DNA of 64,000 nt from Rickettsiales bacterium (GTDB lineage: Bacteria; Pseudomonadota; Alphaproteobacteria; Rickettsiales; JAIXRX01). Positions 46,544 to 54,980 of this stretch are shown here, one piece after another; position 1 is the stretch's first letter; every line of letters starts with the position of its first letter. Below the pieces are notes generated by a model, which made no database searches, was not told the DNA's origin, and was given only the letters and a program-made list of their open reading frames with translations. A program made the position numbers and the translations under genes. The stretch spans positions 104,778-168,777 of the forward strand of contig CBDFGH010000006.1 of the NCBI GenBank assembly GCA_965247145.1, in the 5' to 3' direction.

Positions 46544-47407
46544 ATGAACCGCATGACGCTTCCCGCCCAAACCCCTTCCCCCCTCCCCAAGCTTGGCATC
46601 GTCGCCGGAGCGGGGCTGTTGCCCGGTATGATCCGCAGCGTGTGCCTGCAGCAAGGCCGCGAGGTCTTCGCACTCGCCGTCGAAGGCACGACCGACCCGG
46701 CGGCGGTGGAAGGCATTCCCCATATCTGGATGCGGATGGGAGAGATCGCGCATGCGCTGGACCGCCTGAAGGAACAGCATCTCGGGGAGATCGTCATGGC
46801 GGGTCATCTGCCGCGCCCCAGCCTCAGTTCGCTGAAGCCGAGCCTGGCCACCACCCGCCTGCTCGCCCGCGTGGGCGCGGCCTTCTTCAGCGGAGACGAC
46901 GCACTGCTCTCGACCATCACGCGCATATTCGAGGAAGAAAACATCCGCGTGGTCGGCGCAGACGAAATCCTCACCGACCTCATCGCGCCCGCCGGGCCCA
47001 TCGGCCGCCACCTGCCGGACCGGCATGCGCAGGGCGACATTCGCGTGGGCGTGGAAGCCGCCCATGTGCTGGGCCAGCTCGATATCGGGCAGGCCACCAT
47101 CGTGCAGCAGGGCCGCATTCTTGGGGTGGAGGCCGCCGAAGGCACGGACGAACTCATCCACCGCTGCAAACCCTACATCGAGGCGGGCGAAAAAGGCGGG
47201 GTGCTGGTGAAAGCCAAGAAACCCGGCCAGGAACGCCGCGTCGACCTCCCCGCCATCGGCGTGCAGACCGTGCGCCTGGCCGCCGAAGCAGGCCTGAGCG
47301 GCATCGCCATCGAAGCCGGCGGCGCCCTGGTCATCGACCGCAAAGCGGTGGCCGAAGCCGCCAACGAAGCGGGTATTTTCGTGATCGGGTTCAGCCGGGA
47401 TCAGTAA
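46544..47407 (+). CDS. lpxI: UDP-2,3-diacylglucosamine hydrolase LpxI (DUF1009)
   Basis: LGIVAGAGLLP ... GGVLVKAKKPGQERRVDLPAIG ... AGLSGIAIEAGGALVID. I moved the start to the ATG at 46544 because the first 20 track codons lie inside the repeat. Confidence 0.8.
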   Translation: MNRMTLPAQTPSPLPKLGIVAGAGLLPGMIRSVCLQQGREVFALAVEGTTDPAAVEGIPHIWMRMGEIAHALDRLKEQHLGEIVMAGHLPRPSLSSLKPSLATTRLLARVGAAFFSGDDALLSTITRIFEEENIRVVGADEILTDLIAPAGPIGRHLPDRHAQGDIRVGVEAAHVLGQLDIGQATIVQQGRILGVEAAEGTDELIHRCKPYIEAGEKGGVLVKAKKPGQERRVDLPAIGVQTVRLAAEAGLSGIAIEAGGALVIDRKAVAEAANEAGIFVIGFSRDQ

Positions 47408-47427
47408 GTCCGCATAATCTTCGCTTT

Positions 47428-47504
47428 GTCATTCCAGCGAAAGCTGGAACCCAGTCTTTACCCACCATTCAAAATTACTGAATCCCAGCTTTCGCTGGGA
47501 TGAC
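47428..47504. repeat. REP-like inverted repeat (GTCATTCCAGCGAAAGCTGGAACCCAG / CTGAATCCCAGCTTTCGCTGGGATGAC)
   Basis: Arms at 47428-47454 and 47478-47504, directly after lpxI. Confidence 0.8.
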
Positions 47505-47524
47505 AGCATTTGTCGACCACCCAT

Positions 47525-47562
47525 GAAAAAAGCCCCCTTCGTTTCCAAAGAGGGCTTTTTTT
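47525..47562. terminator. Probable bidirectional intrinsic terminator
   Basis: A6, then an AGCCC(C)CTT ... AAG(A)GGGCT hairpin, then T7. It lies between lpxI (+) and the convergent ORFan 47576..48514 (-). Confidence 0.6.
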
Positions 47563-47575
47563 GTTTGGCTGCTGA

Positions 47576-48514
47576 CTAACGCTGGAAAGCGTTCCCACCC
47601 ATCCAGTTGCTGCTGTTGATCGTTTTATCGACCCAGGAGCGGACGCCGGCCACCGTGGAATTATTCCCCACTGCTGCACCCATTGCTTGGCGGGCGAGCA
47701 CTGCACCCCCTACCATCAAAGCCGCGCTCAATACGGTATTGACGGTTTTCTTCAGCAAGGTCGGTTCTTTCACATTGCCCTCTTCATCCACCGTTTTGCC
47801 TTTGAAGGGGCTGGTCACGGTTTTGTAGAGGCCATAGCCGGTCGCCACTGCGGCGGCGGCCAGAAGCGTGCTGGACCCACCCATACCCATCTGCGAAATG
47901 CCGCCGGTAATGGAGCGGGCATGCGCTTTGATGCCTGCGGTCGCGGTCTGGAAAACGCTTTTCGCTTGATCGGCAACCGGCTTGTCTTTGGTTACTTCAA
48001 GCGTCTTTTTCATCCGCTCGCCGATACCTTGGACGTTGGTGGTGACAGGCTTGCCGTCTTTCATTTTGATCGTGTCATTGGCCAGCGCACGCACTGTGCC
48101 GTTGTGAGCGCTGCGCGTCACGTCGACATCCGGGGCAGCGGCGACGGTCGCGCCATTGATGCTGGTTTCTTTGCTGGTTACGGTCGCATTCAAATCCAAG
48201 CCGCTGGTCTTGATTTCTTCCGCCACTTTATTGCCATGCTCGGTCACGGCTTTGAAATCCGCATTGAATTGATCGCGGGTCATGGTCTTGGTGCCCTGAT
48301 TTTTTACAATCTCACGGCGCTCAGCAAAAGTGGCGCGGGCCTTTGTGGGCGACTCAGTCATCGCTTTGCTTACTGCGCGCTGCTCGTCAGTAAGACTGGG
48401 ATTGTCAGCATAACGCAACAGCTGCTTCTTGGCTTGGCGATGCGCGTCATACACCGACATCGTATTCGGTGGAGTAACAGCAGCTGCAGGAGTGGTAGAA
48501 GTTGCGTCGGCCAT
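47576..48514 (-). CDS. Hypothetical protein (312 aa) with a C-terminal pair of hydrophobic helices, inserted between lpxI and lpxB
   Basis: Natural K/T/N/D-rich composition, whereas the plus-strand ORF 47687..48532 is antisense-type. The C-terminus reads GGSSTLLAAAAVATGYGLY - 30 aa - TVNTVLSAALMVGGAVLA. Confidence 0.6.
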   Translation of the reverse strand: MADATSTTPAAAVTPPNTMSVYDAHRQAKKQLLRYADNPSLTDEQRAVSKAMTESPTKARATFAERREIVKNQGTKTMTRDQFNADFKAVTEHGNKVAEEIKTSGLDLNATVTSKETSINGATVAAAPDVDVTRSAHNGTVRALANDTIKMKDGKPVTTNVQGIGERMKKTLEVTKDKPVADQAKSVFQTATAGIKAHARSITGGISQMGMGGSSTLLAAAAVATGYGLYKTVTSPFKGKTVDEEGNVKEPTLLKKTVNTVLSAALMVGGAVLARQAMGAAVGNNSTVAGVRSWVDKTINSSNWMGGNAFQR

Positions 48515-48604
48515 TGGATTGCCCCTTTTTGAGCTTTGGTATGATCCCTTTATGCACCCCGTTCGTTACGATTTCGTGACGGTTCGATGAAAAAAGTGTG
48601 ACGG

Positions 48605-49873
48605 GTGAATTTTTTTCGCGCTTGGCCCGGGCCTTGGTTTGGGGCAGAGTGGCGGAAATTCTTGGCATTGTTGAAGGTTATCGTGGCAAATCATCAGGTT
48701 AACAACCGCATTCGCATCGTCCTCCTTGCAGGCGAACCTTCGGGGGATTTTCTGGGAGCCAATCTAATGCGGGCGATTCGCACGGTGTTTCCGCGCCCGG
48801 TGGAATTCAGCGGCGTGGGCGGGCCGATGATGGCGCGCGAGGGGTTGAACAGCTTGTTCGATTACAGTGATCTTTCGCTGATCGGCGCGGCGGAATTGTT
48901 GCCGCATCTACGCATGATCTACCGGCGGATCGATACGATGGTGGAGCATATCCACGCCACCGGGCCGGATCTGTTCGTAACCATCGACGTGCCGGGATTC
49001 GCGCGCCGCGTGGTGAAGCGCGTGCGCGCGGCGCGCCTGCCGGGCCAGGGGCCGCGCCTGGTGCATATCGTGGCGCCCAGCGTGTGGGCCTACAAGCCGA
49101 AGCGCGCCGAACATTTCGCCGAATTGTACGACATGCTGCTGGCGCTGCTGCCGTTCGAGCCACCTTATTTCGAGGCGGTGGGACTGCCTTGCCGCTTCAT
49201 CGGCCACCCGGTGGCCTGGGAATGGCGCACCAAGGGCGACGGCGCGGCGTTTCGCGAGGAACACAAGATTGCGGCGCAGGCCAAGCTGCTCGGCGTCTTC
49301 CTCGGCAGCCGCCGGGGCGAGATCGTGCGGCATTGGTCGATCTTCCGCGAAACCGTGCAGCAGCTGGCCCTGAACCACCCCGATCTCGTTTGCATCCTTC
49401 CCCTGCCCGCCGCGCGCCGCGCGCAGGTGGATTTCCTGATGGCGCAGGAGCCCTGGCCCACGCCCTATACGCTGATCGATGCGGGCTTCGACAAGAAAGA
49501 CGCTTTCGCGGCGATGGATGCGGCTTTGGCCAAATCCGGCACTGTGTCCTTGGAGCTGGGCTTGGCGGGCGTGCCGATGGTGGTGGCCTACAAAGTGGCG
49601 GCCTTCACCGGCTGGCTGGTGCGCAAACTCTTTCTCATCCCCTACATTTCGCTGCCGAACGTGCTGGCGGGCAAATTCGTGGTGCCGGAAATGCTGCAGG
49701 CGGATTGCGCGCCGGAAAAATTGGCTCCGGCGCTGGATGCGTTGCTCAATAATTCCGGCTTGGGCATAAAGCAGCGCGAGGATATGGCAGCCGCGCTGGC
49801 GACGTTGTTGCCGGCGGACGGGCACAATCCCAGCGTGCTGGCGGCGAAACAATTGCTGGACGTGCTGGGATAA
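48605..49873 (+). CDS. lpxB: Lipid-A-disaccharide synthase
   Basis: IVLLAGEPSGDFLGANL and the GT19 core. The true start may be the internal GTG at 48683 or the TTG at 48671. Confidence 0.9.
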   Translation: MNFFRAWPGPWFGAEWRKFLALLKVIVANHQVNNRIRIVLLAGEPSGDFLGANLMRAIRTVFPRPVEFSGVGGPMMAREGLNSLFDYSDLSLIGAAELLPHLRMIYRRIDTMVEHIHATGPDLFVTIDVPGFARRVVKRVRAARLPGQGPRLVHIVAPSVWAYKPKRAEHFAELYDMLLALLPFEPPYFEAVGLPCRFIGHPVAWEWRTKGDGAAFREEHKIAAQAKLLGVFLGSRRGEIVRHWSIFRETVQQLALNHPDLVCILPLPAARRAQVDFLMAQEPWPTPYTLIDAGFDKKDAFAAMDAALAKSGTVSLELGLAGVPMVVAYKVAAFTGWLVRKLFLIPYISLPNVLAGKFVVPEMLQADCAPEKLAPALDALLNNSGLGIKQREDMAAALATLLPADGHNPSVLAAKQLLDVLG

Positions 49874-49925
49874 GAAAAATTAACGAATGGGTGTCATACT
49901 GGCGATAGTCAATTGAGGAGCCAAC

Positions 49926-50321
49926 ATGAGTACGACATTCAGCCCACTGTTACCCTTCCCTCTGAAATCGGTGCTTGGGCACCAGCCCAAAGCCTATCCT
50001 TCGGGTGTCGGCCCATCGGGTGTCGGCCCATCGGGTGTCGGCCCATCGGGTATTGACAGAGTGAAATTTGAGATTCAGTTGCCTGAGCGCCAAGCGTTGC
50101 AATGGTGCGAAACCATGAACAGCATCCTGCCAGATTTGGCCAAGCCCCTTTTGGGAGACGGCGATGCAATATATGTAGACATCGACCTCCATAAGCTGGC
50201 GTTGGAACTTCGCGATCCCAAACAACAATTCAGTGCCTCTGAAACGCAATATTTGAAGGTGCTTCAGTCGGCCTTGCTGGTGTCCCTGCCGGAAAAAGTC
50301 AAAGAACAAAAAACTCGGTAG
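49926..50321 (+). CDS. Hypothetical protein (131 aa) containing a PSGVG tandem repeat
   Basis: ORF between lpxB and the end of recG. I recognise no family. Confidence 0.5.
   Translation: MSTTFSPLLPFPLKSVLGHQPKAYPSGVGPSGVGPSGVGPSGIDRVKFEIQLPERQALQWCETMNSILPDLAKPLLGDGDAIYVDIDLHKLALELRDPKQQFSASETQYLKVLQSALLVSLPEKVKEQKTR
50001..50051 (+). repeat. Perfect 15-bp tandem repeat, 3.4 copies (TCGGGTGTCGGCCCA)
   Basis: Read directly: units at 50001-50015, 50016-50030 and 50031-50045, plus a partial unit at 50046-50051. In frame it encodes (SGVGP)n. Confidence 0.95.
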
Positions 50322-50371
50322 AACAAGCAGTACAACAGCGACTAGCAAACTGCCGCACATCCGACGGTGGC

Positions 50372-52525
50372 CTAACCCCCCGCCAGATACCGCGCCATTG
50401 CGTCCTGGTTGAACAGATACAGCAGCTGCCGCAGCGCTTCGCCGCGCTCGCTTTTCAGCTCGGGGTCGCGGTTCAGGATAAGTTTCACATCGTCATGCGC
50501 CACACCGATGAGATCGGCGTTGGCCTGCAGGCTGGCGAAAAGAAAATCCGGCACGCCGCTTTGCTTAGTGCCGAGGATTTCGCCGGGACCGCGCAATCGC
50601 AGATCTTCTTCGGCGATGCGGAAGCCGTCTTCCGTGTCGCGCATCGCGTTCAGGCGGGCCTTGCTGTGTTCGCCGACCTTGTCGCCATACAGCAGAATGC
50701 AGCTGCTAGCCTTACTGCCGCGCCCTACGCGGCCACGCAGCTGGTGCAGCTGGCTGAGGCCGAAGCGTTCGGCCTGTTCGATGACGATGATGGTGGCGCT
50801 GGGCACGTTCACCCCCACTTCCACCACCGTGGTCGCCACCAGAATATCCGCCTTGTCGCCCGCGAAGGCTTCCATCGCCACTTCGCGCGCGGGTTGTTTC
50901 ATGCGGCCATGGACCAGCGCCACGCGGCCGCCGAAGCGGGCGGCGAATTTGGTGTAGCGCGTCTCGGCGGCGGCGAGATCGGTGCCGAAGAGTTCTTCGG
51001 ATTCCTCCACCATCGGGCAGATCCAATAGATCTTGTCGCCATTGGCGATGGCGCGCGTCAGGCCCTGCAGCACTTCTTCCGTGCGCGCGCGGGGGATGGC
51101 GCGGGTGGTGATGGGTTGGCGGCCCGGCGGTTTCTCGCGCAGAATCGAGCTGTCCATATCCCCGAAAGCGGTCATGGTCAGGCTGCGGGGGATCGGCGTG
51201 GCGGTCATCAGCAACAGGTGCGGCACGGTGGCTTTTTCGGTCAGCGTCAGCCGCTGCGCCACGCCGAAACGGTGCTGCTCGTCGATCACCGCCATCTGCA
51301 GATTGTGAAACTGGGCGGATTCCTGAAAGAGCGCGTGCGTGCCGATGACGATCTGCGCCGAACCGTCCGCCGCCGCGAGCAGCGCCTGGCGCTTTTCCGG
51401 CGCTTTCAGGCTGCCGGTGAGCAGGGTCACCTTGATGCCGAGCGGGGTGCAGAGTGCGCCGAGCGTGGCCAGATGCTGGCGGGCGAGGATTTCGGTGGGA
51501 GCCATGATGGCGGCTTGGCCACCCGCCTCCACCACCATCAGCATCGCCATCAGCGCCACCAAGGTCTTGCCGCTGCCCACATCCCCCTGCAGCAGCCGCT
51601 GCATGCGCTGGCCGCTGGCCAGGTCGGCCGCGATGTCTTTCAGCACGTCCTTCTGCCCCTGGGTAAGGTCGTAGGGCAGTTGCGCCAGCACGGCGCGCTG
51701 CAAGTGTCCATCTGCGGGAAGTTTCGGCGTGTTCATGCGCTTGGTGCGGGCGCGCATAAGGTTCAGCGCCAATTGGCTGGCGAGCAATTCGTCGTAGGCC
51801 AGCCGCTGGCGCGCGGGGTTGGTGGAGAGAAAATCTTCCGGCACGCTTGGCTGATGGGCGGCTTTCAGCGCCTGCAGGAAATCGGGCCAGTTACGCTGGC
51901 GGCGCAGGGTTTCGTCCTGCCATTCGGGCAGCGGCGGCAACTGGGCCAGCGCCATCTGCGTCACTCGTTTTACTTGGCGCGAGGAAACCCCGGCGGTGAG
52001 CGGATAGACCGGCTCCGGCTTGCCGCTGCTTTCGAACTTCTCCGGCACGGCGACCAGATCGGGATGCACCATCTGCAGGCCCTGGTTCGCATGATCGAGC
52101 ACGCCGCCCACCACGCGGGTTTCGCCCACGGGAAGTTGCTCTTTCAACTGGGTGGGGCGGGCATTGAAAAAGACCAATTGCAGCGCCTGGCCCGCCGCAT
52201 CCAGCGCCATGACGCGGTAGGGAATGCGCGGTCCGCCCCGGCTGCGCTGCCAGCCGCCGAAACCGGTGCGGTCGTGGTAAGCGGCCGGGTGGTGGGACTG
52301 GATGGTGAGCAGCAGCAGCACCGGCACGCCCAGCGGCGCTTCCGCCAGATTGGCCGAAGTGGTGCGCGCCAGCATGCCCACCGGCAGATGAAAGACCAGA
52401 TCGCGCTGTTTCGGCATGGAGGGCGCGGTGCCCAGCAGCCGCGCCAATTGCACGGCCAAGGCCTCCCCCACCCCTTTCAGGGCGGTGACCGGGCGGAAAT
52501 AAGCATCGAGCGATGGGGCGCGCAT
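50372..52525 (-). CDS. recG: ATP-dependent DNA helicase RecG
   Basis: GDVGSGKT, DEQHRFGV, TATPIPRSL and QLHQLRGRVGRG motifs. I moved the start to the ATG at 52525 (MRAPSLDAYFRPV) because the 21 upstream track codons lie in a repeat. Confidence 0.93.
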   Translation of the reverse strand: MRAPSLDAYFRPVTALKGVGEALAVQLARLLGTAPSMPKQRDLVFHLPVGMLARTTSANLAEAPLGVPVLLLLTIQSHHPAAYHDRTGFGGWQRSRGGPRIPYRVMALDAAGQALQLVFFNARPTQLKEQLPVGETRVVGGVLDHANQGLQMVHPDLVAVPEKFESSGKPEPVYPLTAGVSSRQVKRVTQMALAQLPPLPEWQDETLRRQRNWPDFLQALKAAHQPSVPEDFLSTNPARQRLAYDELLASQLALNLMRARTKRMNTPKLPADGHLQRAVLAQLPYDLTQGQKDVLKDIAADLASGQRMQRLLQGDVGSGKTLVALMAMLMVVEAGGQAAIMAPTEILARQHLATLGALCTPLGIKVTLLTGSLKAPEKRQALLAAADGSAQIVIGTHALFQESAQFHNLQMAVIDEQHRFGVAQRLTLTEKATVPHLLLMTATPIPRSLTMTAFGDMDSSILREKPPGRQPITTRAIPRARTEEVLQGLTRAIANGDKIYWICPMVEESEELFGTDLAAAETRYTKFAARFGGRVALVHGRMKQPAREVAMEAFAGDKADILVATTVVEVGVNVPSATIIVIEQAERFGLSQLHQLRGRVGRGSKASSCILLYGDKVGEHSKARLNAMRDTEDGFRIAEEDLRLRGPGEILGTKQSGVPDFLFASLQANADLIGVAHDDVKLILNRDPELKSERGEALRQLLYLFNQDAMARYLAGG

Positions 52526-52542
52526 AGGTAGTTCCAACTGAC

Positions 52543-52647
52543 TCCCTCTCCCTAGAAGGGGGAGGGTTGGGAGGGGGTGACTACCCACAAGCGCTGGCGT
52601 TCGTTGCGGCTCACCCTCTCCCTGCCCTCTCCCTTCTCAGGGAGAGG
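52543..52647. repeat. G/C-rich palindromic repeat block upstream of recG
   Basis: CTCCCTCTCCCTAGAAGGGGGAGGG (52543-52567) and CCTCTCCCTTCTCAGGGAGAGG (52626-52647). Confidence 0.6.
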
Positions 52648-52718
52648 AGATACTTCTATGTGGCACCCCGGATGCGATTTGTCATCGTTTCGTCATACGA
52701 TTTGGGTAGAATACGGGC

Positions 52719-53651
52719 ATGAGCGCGCAAACCAAATCTCCCTTCCCCCCTCGCCCCGGCTCCGTGCCGGAGCAGGAGGAAGCGCGCATCATCCCGCTCA
52801 ACGCCGCACAAACCGCGCCGGGCGACGCGGCGGAGGATGGGGAAAGCGAATCCTGTACCCCGGAAATGCAGGGGAACGACGCGGATCTGGCGCGGCAGGT
52901 AATGGAACAGATCGACCAGAAACTGGCCGCAGCGGATGACCGCGTGGAAGGCGAAGTCGCGCGCGATCTGCGCGCCGGCATGATCGCCGAAGCCATGGCG
53001 ACCGCGCGCGCCGAACTGGCCACCGAACAGCGCAAGCTGCAGGAACAGAAGCCTCTGCCCGGCAGCAAAGGAAAGCCCCGCAAATTACAGAAACCCGACA
53101 CCACCAACATCGCGCGCCACGCGGTGGATGCCTCCAAGGGCGCCGCTGCCATCGGCACGGACGAACAGACACGCCTTAGTGAGCTGGAAACCAAGCAGCG
53201 CAAACCCAAGACGAAAAGCCTGACGGTCGAAGTCGCCGAGGACATGGCGCAGGCCAAGGCCCCACCCCCGGTGGATTATGCCGCCATGCCGTCGGAACAG
53301 GTGGTGCGCGTGCAGGGGCCGGACGGGGAAGTGATGTTCATGACCGCCGCTGCGGTAGTCGCCGCCGGGCTGGTGGGCGCGCATATGATTGCCAAAACGC
53401 CGAAGGGCGAGATGGGCAAACTGCATTTTGAACCGGCCAGCCTGGCCGACCTCAGCAAGATGTTCGATGACAATCCGAGCCCGGTCTATTTCCAGCAGCT
53501 GGTGGACGAGCGCAAAGCGGAAGCGGAGAAACGCAAGCAGGAGGCCCAAGCCGCCGCACGTCTTCAAGGCGATGCGCCGGAGGGGTGGTCGGGGAAGGTC
53601 GAGGAAGACCGCGCCAAAACCGATGCGCTGGAAACCGAAACGACCGTATAA
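52719..53651 (+). CDS. Hypothetical charged, probably largely disordered protein (310 aa)
   Basis: Glu/Lys/Ala/Gln-rich with a single hydrophobic stretch AAAVVAAGLVGAHMIA. No family recognised. Confidence 0.45.
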   Translation: MSAQTKSPFPPRPGSVPEQEEARIIPLNAAQTAPGDAAEDGESESCTPEMQGNDADLARQVMEQIDQKLAAADDRVEGEVARDLRAGMIAEAMATARAELATEQRKLQEQKPLPGSKGKPRKLQKPDTTNIARHAVDASKGAAAIGTDEQTRLSELETKQRKPKTKSLTVEVAEDMAQAKAPPPVDYAAMPSEQVVRVQGPDGEVMFMTAAAVVAAGLVGAHMIAKTPKGEMGKLHFEPASLADLSKMFDDNPSPVYFQQLVDERKAEAEKRKQEAQAAARLQGDAPEGWSGKVEEDRAKTDALETETTV

Positions 53652-53654
53652 CAG

Positions 53655-54545
53655 TTACGCCGCCGAGGCCCAGAGCTGGTTCGGCGCGGTGCGGTGGCCT
53701 TCGGCGAGCAGCCGCTCGCATTCCCGCAATTGCGCCTCGGGCGGGTGGGCCATATCCAGCGGAGCGAAGGCAGCGGAAAGCGTGGTGCTCACTTGCCCCA
53801 CGCCGGGGATGCTCACCGGCAGGCTGGCGGTTTCCCAACGCAGGCGGTTTAGCACCAGGCGCGCAATGTCGGACTCCACATCCAGCATCACCACGCCCAA
53901 GCTATGCGGCTCCATCGTCAGCACATAATCATAGCCGCGCAGTTTCTGGCGCACGGCCTGGGCCACATGGTCGAGCAGTCCTTGCACCGCTTTCTTGCCG
54001 TGCCATTCCATGATCTGCTCGTGCTGGTCGATCATCATCATGCACAAAGCCGAGGGCAGGCGCGCTTCTTCTTCCACGCTCTGCCAGGCTTCGATCTGCT
54101 GGGCCAGGCGCTGGCGGGGCAGTGGCGTATTGTCCGCATCCGGCATATGTTCCGCCATCGCCGCGCGCAGCTGCACGCCTTCGCGCGGTGCGGCGCGGGG
54201 CTGCAGCAGCAAATGGAAGGCGATCTTGCCTTCTGTCGCTTCGCCGGGGATGAGTTTGGGGAAGAAGGGCAGCGCGTTGCCCGCATGATCGAGCAAGTGA
54301 AAATCGCTCACCCGGCCCAGCACGCGGGCCACGTCGTTTCCCTGGTCGCTGTATTCCACATATTCGTTGAGCAGGCCCGCGATGCGTTCGGGCAGCAGCG
54401 CACTGAGTGGCTTGCCTTCCATGCTCGCGCCATAGCCCAGCATATGGCTGGCATTCTCATTCATCGAGAGAAGGTCGATCCGGCGCGCGATATTGTCTTG
54501 TTGGATGACGAGCACGATGTCGTTCGCCCGGTAATTTCCCAGCAT
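53655..54545 (-). CDS. PAS-like sensor fused to a degenerate GGDEF-like domain
   Basis: The N-terminus has a PAS-like pattern (LLSMNENASHMLGYGASMEGKPLSALLP). The C-terminal half follows the GGDEF fold pattern (MMMIDQHEQIMEWHGKKAVQGLLDHVAQAVRQKLRGYDYV) but carries EPHSLG where GGDEF is expected. Confidence 0.5.
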   Translation of the reverse strand: MLGNYRANDIVLVIQQDNIARRIDLLSMNENASHMLGYGASMEGKPLSALLPERIAGLLNEYVEYSDQGNDVARVLGRVSDFHLLDHAGNALPFFPKLIPGEATEGKIAFHLLLQPRAAPREGVQLRAAMAEHMPDADNTPLPRQRLAQQIEAWQSVEEEARLPSALCMMMIDQHEQIMEWHGKKAVQGLLDHVAQAVRQKLRGYDYVLTMEPHSLGVVMLDVESDIARLVLNRLRWETASLPVSIPGVGQVSTTLSAAFAPLDMAHPPEAQLRECERLLAEGHRTAPNQLWASAA

Positions 54546-54695
54546 GCCAGTCCCCAGAAAAAGTCCGATTTTATCATCCTATGCCCCGAGCGCTTAACGG
54601 GGAGTTAACGTGGGCAGCAGGGATTACATATGATTTGGCGAGATTCCCGCCATTTTCGCGCTTCACAGAGGCTGAAAACACGCTAAACCCATGGC

Positions 54696-54980
54696 ATGGA
54701 AACCATGCCCGACCTGCCCGAACTGCCGCCTGCCCGCAAAAAGCTGCTTTATCGCAGTTGGTACCGGGGCAACCGCGAGATGGACAATGTGCTGGGGCAT
54801 TATGCCATCGCGCATCTGGCCAGCATGGACGAGCCCGCGCTCGAGACATTTCGCGAGTTTTTGGAAGAAAACGACATCGATCTGTGGAACTGGGTTTCCG
54901 GCCAGCATGCGCTGCCACCAGAATATGCCGTGCTGATTACGGATCTCTGCGCCTTCCAGCAATCGCGGTTCGGGGCCTAG
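54696..54980 (+). CDS. sdhE: Succinate dehydrogenase flavinylation factor SdhE/SDHAF2 (DUF339)
   Basis: 94 aa: LLYRSWYRGNREMDNVLG ... ENDIDLWNW. Its stop abuts the mfd ATG. Confidence 0.8.
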   Translation: METMPDLPELPPARKKLLYRSWYRGNREMDNVLGHYAIAHLASMDEPALETFREFLEENDIDLWNWVSGQHALPPEYAVLITDLCAFQQSRFGA

